Assembly: GCA_046051965.1 (NCBI GenBank) | Contig: JBJONG010000018.1 | Location: 13,094 to 77,093 of the forward strand | DNA: 64,000 nt | Reading direction: 5' to 3' | From: Verrucomicrobiota bacterium | GTDB taxonomy: Bacteria > Verrucomicrobiota > Verrucomicrobiia > Verrucomicrobiales > Akkermansiaceae | Made by a program: the position numbers and the translations under genes | Shown here: in pieces, positions 1 through 9,732 of the stretch | Layout: every line of letters starts with the position of its first letter | Position numbering within the stretch: position 1 is the stretch's first letter | Notes under the pieces: generated by a model | What the model saw: only the letters and a program-made list of their open reading frames with translations | What the model was told of the DNA's origin: nothing | The model's database searches: none

Positions 1-875
1 CGGGTGCGCCTGCCGGGCATGCGAAACCGATGGCGGCTAACTCCGCCATTACAAAGCCTCTTCCGAAAGTTTCCACCGCACCCGTCCACACCGCCCTATC
101 CCGACCCGTCCACACCGCCCTTTCCCGGCCAACCGCTGTGTCGTCCATTCCCGCCGCAGCCACCTCCCCGCGCCCGCAAATCCCGTTTAACCAATCGAAA
201 TCCCTGTCCAAGGAATCATCCGGCTCCGGCTTGGTCATTTTTCTTGTGATCGCGTTGATTGCCGCTGTCGTAGCTTATTTCGTCATCAGCGGCAGGCAAA
301 ACGAAGCTGCTGTGCCGGATTCCCCCCCGCCTGTAGCCACTCCGAAAATACCGCCGTCCCCGAGTCCTGCGCCTGCGTTGGAAGAAGCAAATGAACTCGA
401 TCCTGCGCTTGTTTTGAGCCGTTCCCGTTCCTCGATACGCCAGCGGCTCGGGCCGTCCGTAGAGAGTCACCGCCGCGACCTAAAGGACAACCTGAGTGCT
501 TACAAAGAAGCGATGGAATCCGCCGCCAAGGATCTCAACTTCCTGGAACGTGAGCGGATCAGCGAAAGCCTTTCGGAAAATCTGCGCAGCTGGGAAGGTG
601 ATGGGGACAAACTCCCGGAAACGCTTCCCACCGGTTTCGCGGCTGTGGAAGGCGCGGCTGATATACACGCCACCTATTTGGAAAAACAAGCCGCGATAGA
701 GCGCGACCTCGAACTGGAAATCGCATCCCTCGCCGGTGTCTATGTGCTGGAGTTGCAGAACCAGATCGAGCAGATCTCCAAGGACGGGAATGCCCGGGCG
801 GTTGAAGCCCTGGAGGAGGAAGTCCGCGCGGTGGAGGGGAATGCGGAGAGCTTTCGCGAGAGGGTTTCCGAGTGA
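1..875 (+). CDS. Hypothetical membrane-anchored protein (Pro-rich linker, one TM helix, helical C-terminus); probably 5'-truncated by the window edge
   Basis: ORF 30..875; the frame is open to the window start (GAPAGHAKP-M). TM segment GLVIFLVIALIAAVVAYFVI; 24-bp tandem repeat at 81-128 encodes PVHTALSR twice. Confidence 0.65.
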   Translation, partial: GAPAGHAKPMAANSAITKPLPKVSTAPVHTALSRPVHTALSRPTAVSSIPAAATSPRPQIPFNQSKSLSKESSGSGLVIFLVIALIAAVVAYFVISGRQNEAAVPDSPPPVATPKIPPSPSPAPALEEANELDPALVLSRSRSSIRQRLGPSVESHRRDLKDNLSAYKEAMESAAKDLNFLERERISESLSENLRSWEGDGDKLPETLPTGFAAVEGAADIHATYLEKQAAIERDLELEIASLAGVYVLELQNQIEQISKDGNARAVEALEEEVRAVEGNAESFRERVSE

Positions 876-881
876 GGCGGC

Positions 882-1289
882 TCAACCATTTTTCCCAAAG
901 CCTCGGGGCAAACGCAAAGGCCTGCCTTCCGGCATTTTCACCAGAGCCAAAGCCTGCCGCGCCGTAACCAAAATCACCCCATCCTCCTCGCGCCGCATCT
1001 CAAACTCGCACCAAAACCTCGCCGCACTCACCTCGCCGAGCTTGCCCCGGATCTCAATCCAATCACCGAGTTTCGCCGGTTTTTTGTAATCCACCTCCGT
1101 CCTGGTCAACACCGGGTAAATTCCCGTTTCCGACATCGTGCGCAGATCCATGCCCAGTGCCGCTGCGAGCCTCGTCCGGCATGTTTCGATCATGCGCAGG
1201 TAGGCCAGATTGTGCACCACGCCGCCGCAATCCGTGTCGAAAAACATGACCTCTTCGCGCGTCACCATCTCCTTGGTCGCTTCCTGCAT
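882..1289 (-). CDS. Acyl-CoA thioesterase, YbgC/4HBT hotdog family
   Basis: Motif VMFFDTDCGGVVHNLAYLRMIETCR, typical of 4HBT thioesterases; start reassigned to ATG at 1289 (MQEATKEM). Confidence 0.88.
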   Translation of the reverse strand: MQEATKEMVTREEVMFFDTDCGGVVHNLAYLRMIETCRTRLAAALGMDLRTMSETGIYPVLTRTEVDYKKPAKLGDWIEIRGKLGEVSAARFWCEFEMRREEDGVILVTARQALALVKMPEGRPLRLPRGFGKNG

Positions 1290-1374
1290 GTGGCCAGTGT
1301 CGCAGAAAACCACTCCGGTTCGCAATGTTCTCTTGTATGTGTGCGTAAAAATGCAACCGTTTCCCATTAAGGCC

Positions 1375-3195
1375 ATGAACACTGTCATCAGATTTTTTTT
1401 CAGTGCTGCGGTTTTCACCCTCCTCGCGGGGACGATCAGCGCTGCCACCAACTTCGTCCCGCCGACGGAGGCCGTCCCGCCTTTCCGCAGGGACAAGCTG
1501 CCGATCGATACGGATGCCATGCTTTCCCTTTCGCAGACGATGACCCTGCTATCCCGAAGCGCGGCCATGGATGAGGCTCCTCAACGCCGTGCCGCTGCGC
1601 AGGCTCTCGCCCTCGCCCTTGCCCTCGATCCGGCCAACGCCTCCGCCCGGGATATCCTATCCTCCATGATCGAGGAAAAGCATCTCCGCGATCCAGATCC
1701 GGAACGGCTCGACCAAGCGAAGGACAAAGTCTGGAAACTCAACGATTGGCTCTCCACACCCGAGGCTGGCAACGATGGCAATCTGCTGGCCGATCTGCTC
1801 GGTGACACCGCCGCCGCGCTCGATCCAGAGCATCCCTCCGCCTCCGGGTGGCTCGATTCCGGTGAACGCGGGAAATGGGACGGCTGGGTGGCTCCCGTGA
1901 CCTCATTTAAGGAACATGTGGATATCACCCCGCCCGTCATGGCCGGGAACGAACCGGAAGCCGAAAGCGATCCTGAGTTCCCCAACGAAAGCCCCGATGA
2001 GACAGAGAACCCCGGGCTGAAGCTCTCCAGCGCGTCCATCAAAACCGTGCTTTACGAATTCCGCCCCGTCACGAATTCCTACGTGCTCGGCCCCGTGACC
2101 GTGAGCATGCAAGCAAGCCCTCATCCCGATGAGCTGGAAGGCGTGCCTGGCGGTGAGGGCCTGCAGATCAATGTGACCTGCCAGGAAACGATGCGTTGGG
2201 AAGTCTCTCAAAAAGTATCCGACCCCATTATCCAAGCTCTGGCCAATTTGCATCATGTGAAAAAAGGCAAGCTCACGGAGGGTATTGTCAACATTAGCAC
2301 CGGAAAGGGCGAAACCTATTCCTTTCGCCGCAATTCCAGCGACTTGACCGGCCCGGGCTTCATCCTCGCAAACTCCGCGCTCACCGGTGTCGCGCCCGAT
2401 GCTTTCTTCGTGGGCAAGCTTGATCCCAAGGGAGAAGGACTGGAAATCCCCGAGTTCTTTTGGAAAAAATTAGCCACCCTTGACGACGGTCCGGGTGGCA
2501 GACTGGTGGTTCCCGCCGCTGCCGAGAAATATCTCACCGCCCTACTGGCCATGGAGAAGCCGGATTTCTTTCTGAAATATGAGGTGCTAATCGCCTCATC
2601 GCCTGCGGATGCCATCCGTCTCTGCGCGATGGAGCCAGACCCCGAACTCGCCTCCACATTGGCGAAGTTCCAGGAGATCAAGGACAAGTCCTCCACCGCC
2701 GCGCTCGGTTCCTACCTTGCCAACACGCACGTGCGCAAGCGGTTGGTGGAGATTTCCCAAGCCGCCCCCTACCACCTCTCCGCCAAGCTCCTCGCCATCC
2801 AGGGTGCCGGTGCGCGCCCCCGCGCCCTGGAGAAAAAGATCCTCGCGGCCGAGATCTTTGCTGCGGTCGATCCGCTCGATGCATTTTCGGAAATGGAACT
2901 CTGGCAACTCGACGCGGCGAAGATCTCCGCCATGGATAAAACCCAAGAGGAAACCCGTGAACGCCTCGGCCGCATCTTGCGTTACGCCGAGATGCGTGAC
3001 AGGGAGCTTGTCAAAAGCGCGGAAGACGTCCTCGCCGATCTGCGCACGATGATTCGCTTCATGCGCGACAGGAGGGAGCTTTTCGAAAAAACCGAAGACA
3101 TCACCCGCGCGCACCGCACCTTCAGGGAGGCGAACCAGACGCTGCGCCGCGAACTGGCATTACTCACCGGAGACCCGCTGCCGAAACACCAGTGA
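1375..3195 (+). CDS. Secreted protein with a Lon-protease C-terminal (S16)-like domain
   Basis: Signal peptide MNTVIRFFFSAAVFTLLAGTISA. Segment NSSDLTGPGFILANSALTG...WKKL...RLVVP aligns by eye with Lon GPSAG...SALTG...KEK...VLIP. Confidence 0.55.
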   Translation: MNTVIRFFFSAAVFTLLAGTISAATNFVPPTEAVPPFRRDKLPIDTDAMLSLSQTMTLLSRSAAMDEAPQRRAAAQALALALALDPANASARDILSSMIEEKHLRDPDPERLDQAKDKVWKLNDWLSTPEAGNDGNLLADLLGDTAAALDPEHPSASGWLDSGERGKWDGWVAPVTSFKEHVDITPPVMAGNEPEAESDPEFPNESPDETENPGLKLSSASIKTVLYEFRPVTNSYVLGPVTVSMQASPHPDELEGVPGGEGLQINVTCQETMRWEVSQKVSDPIIQALANLHHVKKGKLTEGIVNISTGKGETYSFRRNSSDLTGPGFILANSALTGVAPDAFFVGKLDPKGEGLEIPEFFWKKLATLDDGPGGRLVVPAAAEKYLTALLAMEKPDFFLKYEVLIASSPADAIRLCAMEPDPELASTLAKFQEIKDKSSTAALGSYLANTHVRKRLVEISQAAPYHLSAKLLAIQGAGARPRALEKKILAAEIFAAVDPLDAFSEMELWQLDAAKISAMDKTQEETRERLGRILRYAEMRDRELVKSAEDVLADLRTMIRFMRDRRELFEKTEDITRAHRTFREANQTLRRELALLTGDPLPKHQ

Positions 3196-3251
3196 TCAAC
3201 CCGGCTTTTTTCCTTCTTCCCTAGCGTTCCAGATTTTACGTTTTCCGCAGG

Positions 3252-4268
3252 ATGATCCCCGCGCGAAAAATCATGTATGAGGTTTCCGCGCCCCTGCGCC
3301 AATACCTCTACCACTTCGACCGTCTGCGCGACATCCCGCGGGTCTATTCCGAACTGACACGCTTCTCCGGCGCGATCCCTTACGAAGACCCGAATGGCCG
3401 CGAAACCCTTTGGCTCACCGTGATGTATCCGCCCGAAGTTCTCGAGGAACTCCGCCCGCGCCTGATCCGCATCTACAGCGAACTCAAGATCGGGCGTGAT
3501 GCGGCGGAACACGGACACCTCCTTGTGGATCGCATCGACTTCGGGGATTTCGGCAACTCCAAGCCCTTCCGCATCCGCGTTACCAACCTTTTCAACGACA
3601 ACTCGGACTACTTCTACGTGAAGCAGGCGGATGCCTCCCGCATCTACGGCCTGGAACTGGAGCACATCCTCTCGCCGAACCGGATCAACTACATGGTCAA
3701 AGGCAACACGCTGATCGAGGAGCACATCGCGGGCGTCCCGGGAGATGTCTTCCTGCGCGATTACCTGCCCGATCCGAAGCTCAACAAGGTGCGCATCGCC
3801 AAGGAGTTCACGAAATTCACCGAGCGCTCCTTCATCCGCCTGCTCGGCGACATGCGCAGCGTGAACTACGTCGTCGATATCACCCCGGACTTCGAGGAGG
3901 TGCAATATCGCGTCCGCCCCATCGACTTCGACCAGCAGTCCTACGAGGGCAACGGCAACATCTACCTCGCCTTCCGCTTCAACTCGAACCGACCCGTCAC
4001 GCGCCTCGCCTTCCATGTGCTGAACCGGAAATCCATCGACCAATACGTGAACGAGGAACACGCCCAGATGGCGCGCCGCGCGAAAGTGGAATCCACCCGC
4101 CTGCGCGCCCTGCTCGGAATCATGCGCCGCGAGGAAATCGCCCCCTTGGAGCATGTCCAGCGCCTCGCGCTCGAACTCAACCGCATGCACGGCACCACCG
4201 ACTTCAGCGACTGCAAATCGATGGGCGAACTCACCGCCGAGCACATCTCGCTGATGCTCGGGGTGTGA
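3252..4268 (+). CDS. Conserved hypothetical protein with atypical (PI3K/HipA-like) kinase motifs
   Basis: YVK (beta3 Lys), LELE (alphaC Glu), GDMRSVN (DxxxxN catalytic loop) and PIDFDQ (DFG-like) appear in the correct order. Confidence 0.6.
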   Translation: MIPARKIMYEVSAPLRQYLYHFDRLRDIPRVYSELTRFSGAIPYEDPNGRETLWLTVMYPPEVLEELRPRLIRIYSELKIGRDAAEHGHLLVDRIDFGDFGNSKPFRIRVTNLFNDNSDYFYVKQADASRIYGLELEHILSPNRINYMVKGNTLIEEHIAGVPGDVFLRDYLPDPKLNKVRIAKEFTKFTERSFIRLLGDMRSVNYVVDITPDFEEVQYRVRPIDFDQQSYEGNGNIYLAFRFNSNRPVTRLAFHVLNRKSIDQYVNEEHAQMARRAKVESTRLRALLGIMRREEIAPLEHVQRLALELNRMHGTTDFSDCKSMGELTAEHISLMLGV

Positions 4269-4277
4269 TCGGGGAAC

Positions 4278-5420
4278 TCACGAAAAAATGTCCGGTATTT
4301 GCCTGATCGAAAGCACGGTAATGGTTTCGTCCAAGGCGTAGGTGTCCGGCCCTGGATAGACGATCCAGAGCTTGTCGAGTTTGAGGTCTTCGATCGCCTG
4401 CACCATGGATTTTGTTCGCCGTGGGGCATCGGCATACTTTACTTCCACGGCGTAGTTCTTGCCGTTCTGCTGCCAGAACAGATCGACTTCCGCACCCGTG
4501 TGGGTGGACCAGAAATAGAAAGCGTTTTCCGGAAGGGCGGAAAGACTGATGATCTGGTTGATTACGAAACCCTCCCATGAATCACCGAGCTTCGGGTGCG
4601 ATTCCAGTTGCGCAAGATCGCCGATGAGCTGCAGGCGGTGGAAAATACCCGAGTCGCTCAAATACACCTTGGGACTTTTCACCAACCGTTTTGATGTGTT
4701 GTTGAACCATGGCGGCAGCACCCGCACCATGAATGTGCCTGCCAAGACATCGAGGTAGCTGCGCACCGTTTTATCGGTCACTTGCAGTGATCTCCCGAGC
4801 TCGGAATAATTTACGATTCCTCCGTGGCAATGGCTCAGCATCGTCCAGAAACGGCGCATGGTGGGCGATGGGATGCGGAACCCGAACTCCGCAAGATCTC
4901 GCTCCAGAAATGTCGAAATGTAGTTATCCAGCCAACTGCAACTCACCCGATCCGAGGGAGCCAGATAGGCGCGGGGAAAACCGCCGCGGAACCACCGTTG
5001 GGCGACATGCTCCACACCCGTTTCCGCCAGATCGAAACCATGAAGGTGTAGAAATGCGACACGTCCCGCCAGACTCTGGGAACTTTTCTGGATCAACTCC
5101 TCGGTGGCGCTGCCAAGGATCAGGTATTGTGTCTGCGGATGCTGGTCCACCAAGTGGCGTAGCAGTGGGAAGAAATCCGGCTTGAGCTGGATCTCATCGA
5201 TGCACACCACGCCTTGCAGCTTTTCCAAGACGGTCTGCGGGTTTTCCAGACGGGCCAGATCACGCGGGTTTTCCAGGTCAAAGTAGTGATCCGCAGCAAT
5301 CATCTTTGCCAAGGTGGTCTTGCCGCACTGCCGCGGGCCAAGAATCGCAACCACAGGGCTGAAGGACAACAACTCACGGAGCTGCGCCAGCCGAGCGGCG
5401 CGATCTACGATAGGACGCAT
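4278..5420 (-). CDS. AAA_14 ATPase with DUF4143 domain (ATP-binding protein)
   Basis: Walker A GPRQCGKT, Walker B CIDEIQ, ILGSA, SLAGR, GGFPRAY, KSPKVYLSDSG and C-terminal EVDLF...AVEVK, typical of AAA_14-DUF4143 proteins. Confidence 0.9.
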   Translation of the reverse strand: MRPIVDRAARLAQLRELLSFSPVVAILGPRQCGKTTLAKMIAADHYFDLENPRDLARLENPQTVLEKLQGVVCIDEIQLKPDFFPLLRHLVDQHPQTQYLILGSATEELIQKSSQSLAGRVAFLHLHGFDLAETGVEHVAQRWFRGGFPRAYLAPSDRVSCSWLDNYISTFLERDLAEFGFRIPSPTMRRFWTMLSHCHGGIVNYSELGRSLQVTDKTVRSYLDVLAGTFMVRVLPPWFNNTSKRLVKSPKVYLSDSGIFHRLQLIGDLAQLESHPKLGDSWEGFVINQIISLSALPENAFYFWSTHTGAEVDLFWQQNGKNYAVEVKYADAPRRTKSMVQAIEDLKLDKLWIVYPGPDTYALDETITVLSIRQIPDIFS

Positions 5421-5428
5421 TGCGTGCT

Positions 5429-5475
5429 TATTTATTATTGAAAGTTCGGATTGTCAATACGGATTTTCAATGATT
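5429..5475 (-). promoter_or_regulatory. Putative sigma70 promoter inside an imperfect inverted repeat, upstream of the AAA-DUF4143 gene
   Basis: On the minus strand, TTGACA (5457-5452), a 17-nt spacer, then TAAATA (5434-5429). Inverted repeat ATTGAAAGTTCG (5437-5448) / CGGATTTTCAAT (5460-5471). Confidence 0.5.
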
Positions 5476-5490
5476 AATACCCCGCTATGC

Positions 5491-8355
5491 TTACGGTTTC
5501 TCACCCCTCTCGTCATCCAGCAAGGCTTTGATGGCCTCTGAGAACTTGTTGTAGAACAGGCCGAGCAGGATCAGCGCCGCGCCGAGGACGATGAAGGAGA
5601 CCACGCGCATGAAGGTGGTGAAATCCCAGACATCCATGGCGAACAGCTTGCAGAACGAAATGATGAGCAGGCCGAAGCCGCAGACGCGGAGGATGTGGAG
5701 GCGTTGCCAGAGTCCGGCGCTGACGAAGGCGAAGCCGAGGATCGTCCAGAGCACGGCGGCCGGTTTCCAGCCGAAGCGCCAGACCAGCATCTGCGTCGCC
5801 CAGAGCATGGCGACGAGGCAGGTGAGACCGGCCAGCGCGGCGATGGCGGATTTCCTGGTCTGCGGATTGGAGATGAGGGCGGGGCGCTGGCGATAGGTGA
5901 AGACCAACGCGAGCATGGCCGCGACGACGGTGATGCCGCGCCATGTGTCCGCCCCGGCGATCCGCCACCACGGGCTGGTGAGCATTTCGAAAACAAGGCC
6001 AAGCAGCGCGATGGCGATGAAGCCGAGGCACTCGACGAACATTTTCCGTTTTATGACGACTGAGACGATGGTCAGCGCGATGGATGTGAGCGCGAGGAAA
6101 TCGGTCCATGCTCCGGGCGCGAAGGCATGCCATGCGGTGCAATAGGAGACGAAGGCCGAGAGCCGGAAAATGGAAGAGGACACCGGCCCGTCCTCGCCAA
6201 CCACACGTTTCCCCCACGGGCTGAGAACGAGGGCGGCGGAGGCCGCGGCAAGCAGGGATGCGCCGAAAATCATCGGAGCGTTTCCGGAGGGCAGGACGAA
6301 CAGGTATCCCAAGGTATAGCACGAATACACGCCCGCCGTACGCACCAGGCGAGGGCAACTCATGGCGAGCGCGATGGGAACGAGGAGGAAGGCGCAGAGC
6401 TGGTTCAGGCCGAGGGCGAGGCCGACATCATCCGGGATCAGCAGGAATCCGCCCGCGGTTTTCCCACAGATGAGCCAGAGGAAAAACGGAACCGCAAGGG
6501 CGAAGGCGAATGCGCCGAGTCCGCGATAAGCGGCGGCGTCATGCGGCTCGCCATCCTCCAAGGTGCGATGCTGCCAGAACCAGCCGCCCAGCAACGAAAG
6601 GCCGGCGGCGACAAAGAGCGGCCATATGGCCGGTTCCTTGTAGCCCAAAGTCAGCGATAGGAGAGCAGCCAAGCCAAGGAACCAAAGCGAAATCCAGAGA
6701 ATCTCCGGTTGTCGGCGTTTCACATCGAGCTCCAGGGAACCGATGGTCAGCGCGGCGGAAAGCAGGATCGCGGTGAGAAGTTTCCACGGATTTTCGAGGA
6801 GGAAGACGCAGAGGTGGCTTGCGATGACCGTGGCGGTGAGGAAAAGCAGGCAGGCGGAGATCCGCCGGAAGCGACCGATGCCGGATTCCTTGTCCGAGGA
6901 AACGGCAGAGCACACGGAGGCGGCGGCTACTAGGAATCCAGTAATCGATGAAACCCATGTGGGGATCGCGGCATAGTCCGTGAGGATGAGGTTTGCCGCA
7001 CCGAGACCGCAGAGCAGGGAAAAGACGGACTCGCTCTTTCCGCGGAATTTCCATGCGGCGATGGCGAGCGCTAGCGACTCGAAGCCCAGCATCAGCGCGA
7101 GATGATGGCCGTCGAGTTTGAGCACGATCGCGAAGGTGGCGATGGCGATGCCCTGCCCGATGTTCACGCCGCCCGCGGTGGTGTTGCGGCGGCGGCCGAG
7201 GATGCCGAGGAGGATAAGGACGGAGCCGAAAACGGCGGCGACCTTCCAGTAGTTTTCATCGCCGTTCTGGTGCAGCCATACGCCGGAGAAGAGCAGGAAG
7301 AAGAGGGCGTTGTTCAGGGCGGTGAACCAGGCCCGGGCGCGGTCGGACAGGCTTTCGCGGAAACGGTCGAGCGAGCCGGGAATGGCAAACATGACCCAAA
7401 CCGGCGGGAGGAACCAAAGCGTGGCGGGATCATCCGTGCGGACATTTCCACCGGACGCACCGAGGAGCTGCCAGCCGAGAAACGCGCCGTAGGAGCCGAG
7501 CATGGACGCCCAGCCCGGGCCGGCCCAACCGGGGCGGAGCATGAAAAACAGGCCGAGGCCGCCGAGCAGGAGATTCGACAGGCAGGACATCCAGCCGATG
7601 GGCTGGAGCATCGTCGCGTAGGAGGCGAGGACGATGCCGAGGACGGCGGTGGCCTTCGCCTGGCGCAGCCATGAGACGGCGGCGATGGCCAGCGCGGCGG
7701 CGGAAAGCAGGATCGCACCGAGGGCGGGGCTTTCGATCACTTTCAGCCGCGCGACATGATGCGCGGCGAAGGTGCAGTAGTAGAAAAACGCCATTCCGCC
7801 CGCCAGCAGAACCTCGCCGAAGCGGCTGAGGCTTTCCTTCGCAGCGAGCCGCCTTCCCGTTTCCACCAAAGCCAGCGCGCAGGCGAACAGAGCGGCGAGG
7901 CGGACGCCGTTCGACATCTCGCGGATCCAGTTCTGGTAGGCGTAGTTTCCGAGGAAAACCAAACCTGTCAGGAGGATCACGATGCCGATGCGGACGAACC
8001 ACACTTTCCCGAAATCGAGTTCGAAGGAATTGTCGGGAGCGGGAGCAGGAGTGGGAGCAGGCGGTTCGGAGGGAGGGGGAGAAAGGGGAGCGGCCTCCGC
8101 CTTTTCGGGAGCGACCTTCAGGCGCGCCTCGGCGAGGGCTGGCATCAAGGCAGGTTTTTCGGCGGGTTCTTCCTTCGGTAGCGGCGGCGGTGTGGCGGCG
8201 GCGTGGGCTTCCGCTTTCCCGAGCTGCGATTCCAAATCCGCGATGCGGATGCTGATGCGCATGAACTCGTTGTGATGGCGGTCGCTGAGGTCGGTCAGAT
8301 CCCGGCGCAGGCGCTTGATCTCATCCCACAGCGGGCTTTCCTCGGAGGATTTCAT
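5491..8355 (-). CDS. DUF2339 family multi-pass membrane protein
   Basis: N-terminal coiled coil and Pro-rich linker, then FELDFGKVWFVRIGIVILLTG; C-terminal CKLFAMDVWDFTTFMRVVSFIVLG. The ATG at 8355 overlaps the lnt stop (ATGA). Confidence 0.85.
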   Translation of the reverse strand: MKSSEESPLWDEIKRLRRDLTDLSDRHHNEFMRISIRIADLESQLGKAEAHAAATPPPLPKEEPAEKPALMPALAEARLKVAPEKAEAAPLSPPPSEPPAPTPAPAPDNSFELDFGKVWFVRIGIVILLTGLVFLGNYAYQNWIREMSNGVRLAALFACALALVETGRRLAAKESLSRFGEVLLAGGMAFFYYCTFAAHHVARLKVIESPALGAILLSAAALAIAAVSWLRQAKATAVLGIVLASYATMLQPIGWMSCLSNLLLGGLGLFFMLRPGWAGPGWASMLGSYGAFLGWQLLGASGGNVRTDDPATLWFLPPVWVMFAIPGSLDRFRESLSDRARAWFTALNNALFFLLFSGVWLHQNGDENYWKVAAVFGSVLILLGILGRRRNTTAGGVNIGQGIAIATFAIVLKLDGHHLALMLGFESLALAIAAWKFRGKSESVFSLLCGLGAANLILTDYAAIPTWVSSITGFLVAAASVCSAVSSDKESGIGRFRRISACLLFLTATVIASHLCVFLLENPWKLLTAILLSAALTIGSLELDVKRRQPEILWISLWFLGLAALLSLTLGYKEPAIWPLFVAAGLSLLGGWFWQHRTLEDGEPHDAAAYRGLGAFAFALAVPFFLWLICGKTAGGFLLIPDDVGLALGLNQLCAFLLVPIALAMSCPRLVRTAGVYSCYTLGYLFVLPSGNAPMIFGASLLAAASAALVLSPWGKRVVGEDGPVSSSIFRLSAFVSYCTAWHAFAPGAWTDFLALTSIALTIVSVVIKRKMFVECLGFIAIALLGLVFEMLTSPWWRIAGADTWRGITVVAAMLALVFTYRQRPALISNPQTRKSAIAALAGLTCLVAMLWATQMLVWRFGWKPAAVLWTILGFAFVSAGLWQRLHILRVCGFGLLIISFCKLFAMDVWDFTTFMRVVSFIVLGAALILLGLFYNKFSEAIKALLDDERGEKP

Positions 8356-9725
8356 GAATCTTGGGTGGGCGCGGGGCGGGATGGCCGTGGCCTGAAAATC
8401 ATCCACACCCACAGTGCGGCGGCTATCGTGAGTGCGCACCATGGTAATACCCAGCCGAAGCGGGTGTAAAAGGTCAGGCCGGTTTCGCGCTTCAGGAAGC
8501 CGTGGATCGTGCCCTGCTTCATCGCACCGAGGCGGGCATGGAGATGACCCGCCGGATCGATGAGTTGGGAGACACCGGAAGTCGCCACCACGAACACCCA
8601 CCTGCCGTTTTCCGTCGCGCGGATGCGGGCCAGCTCCGCGTGCTGGTCATGCTGGCGGGCGGACCAGGATTCCGCGTCCATGGTGGGCACCACGAAATAC
8701 TCCGCCCCTCCGGCGGTCATGCCCCTCGCAATGCCTTCGTAATCGCAATCGAAACAGATCGGCGTGCCCACTTTTCCGAAGGGTGAAACGACAGGTTCGC
8801 TGAGCTTGCCCGGCGTGCCGTCGTCGAACATGTGGACGGTGTGGACTTTCGTGTGCTCGCCGAGAAAGCCGGTGGCATCCATGGTGATCGCGATGTTGCG
8901 CCATGCGTCGCCGCCGCCGGGCCGCGACTGGGTGCCGAAGGTCAGGGTGATGTCCTTTTCACGGCACAGATCCAACAGAATCTGCCAGTCCCGCTTGTTC
9001 TCACGGATGTCGTAGGGCACGGCGTATTCGGGCCATACGACATGATCGACGCCCGCCGGCATCGCCTTGGTGTCCTTGATATAGGAGTCGATGCTGACGC
9101 CTTCCAACTGCACGCCTGAAACATTCACCACATCGGTTTGTCTTGGATCGGGAGCGGGATGCGGACGGGAAAGCAGGATGGCGGTGGCCAGCACGGCAAG
9201 CGCGACGCAGGAAATTTTCCACATCCGCTCAGTGAGCGCGGCGGCTGCGAAAACGACAACGAATCCCACCAGATAGACACCGATCCACGGCAGCAAGACA
9301 TTCGGGCCGATCGCCAGGCCGGCGGTCATCCACGGAAATTTCAGTGGAAATATTTCCGCGCGGATGAATTCCCATGCACCCCAGTTGATCGCGGTAAAGG
9401 CGGCGAATTTCCAACTGCGGATACCGCGTAAGAAGGCGCGTCCCTGGAAGTGGGCGAAGGCGGTGGGGAATGCGGCCATCACCGCCCAAAGCGCGACCGA
9501 GAGCTGGGCGAAGATATTCCAGACCCAGGACAAACCCACGGCGAAGGCCGCGTAGCCGAAAAGAAACCCGAGAAGGCGGGCGCGGGTGCCGTGCTGGCCG
9601 TGGAGCGTCGCTAGGAATCCCGCGAAACCCGGCAGCACCAGCCACCGCCAACCAACGGGGGGGAAGGCCATTGCAAAGACGAGGCCGGAGAGGATGGCGA
9701 GGCCGCAGCGGGCGGGGAAGTTCAT
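8352..9725 (-). CDS. lnt: Apolipoprotein N-acyltransferase (nitrilase-fold)
   Basis: N-terminal TM helices (LAFPP, FPW) plus CN-hydrolase triad motifs VVWPE, HTKVH and PICFD, and RATENGRW. Confidence 0.85.
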   Translation of the reverse strand: MNFPARCGLAILSGLVFAMAFPPVGWRWLVLPGFAGFLATLHGQHGTRARLLGFLFGYAAFAVGLSWVWNIFAQLSVALWAVMAAFPTAFAHFQGRAFLRGIRSWKFAAFTAINWGAWEFIRAEIFPLKFPWMTAGLAIGPNVLLPWIGVYLVGFVVVFAAAALTERMWKISCVALAVLATAILLSRPHPAPDPRQTDVVNVSGVQLEGVSIDSYIKDTKAMPAGVDHVVWPEYAVPYDIRENKRDWQILLDLCREKDITLTFGTQSRPGGGDAWRNIAITMDATGFLGEHTKVHTVHMFDDGTPGKLSEPVVSPFGKVGTPICFDCDYEGIARGMTAGGAEYFVVPTMDAESWSARQHDQHAELARIRATENGRWVFVVATSGVSQLIDPAGHLHARLGAMKQGTIHGFLKRETGLTFYTRFGWVLPWCALTIAAALWVWMIFRPRPSRPAPTQDS

Positions 9726-9732
9726 GGTGGAG

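Noticed and set aside
81-128. 24-bp tandem repeat
   Set aside because: In-frame coding repeat (PVHTALSR x2) in a Pro-rich linker, with no spacers; not CRISPR.
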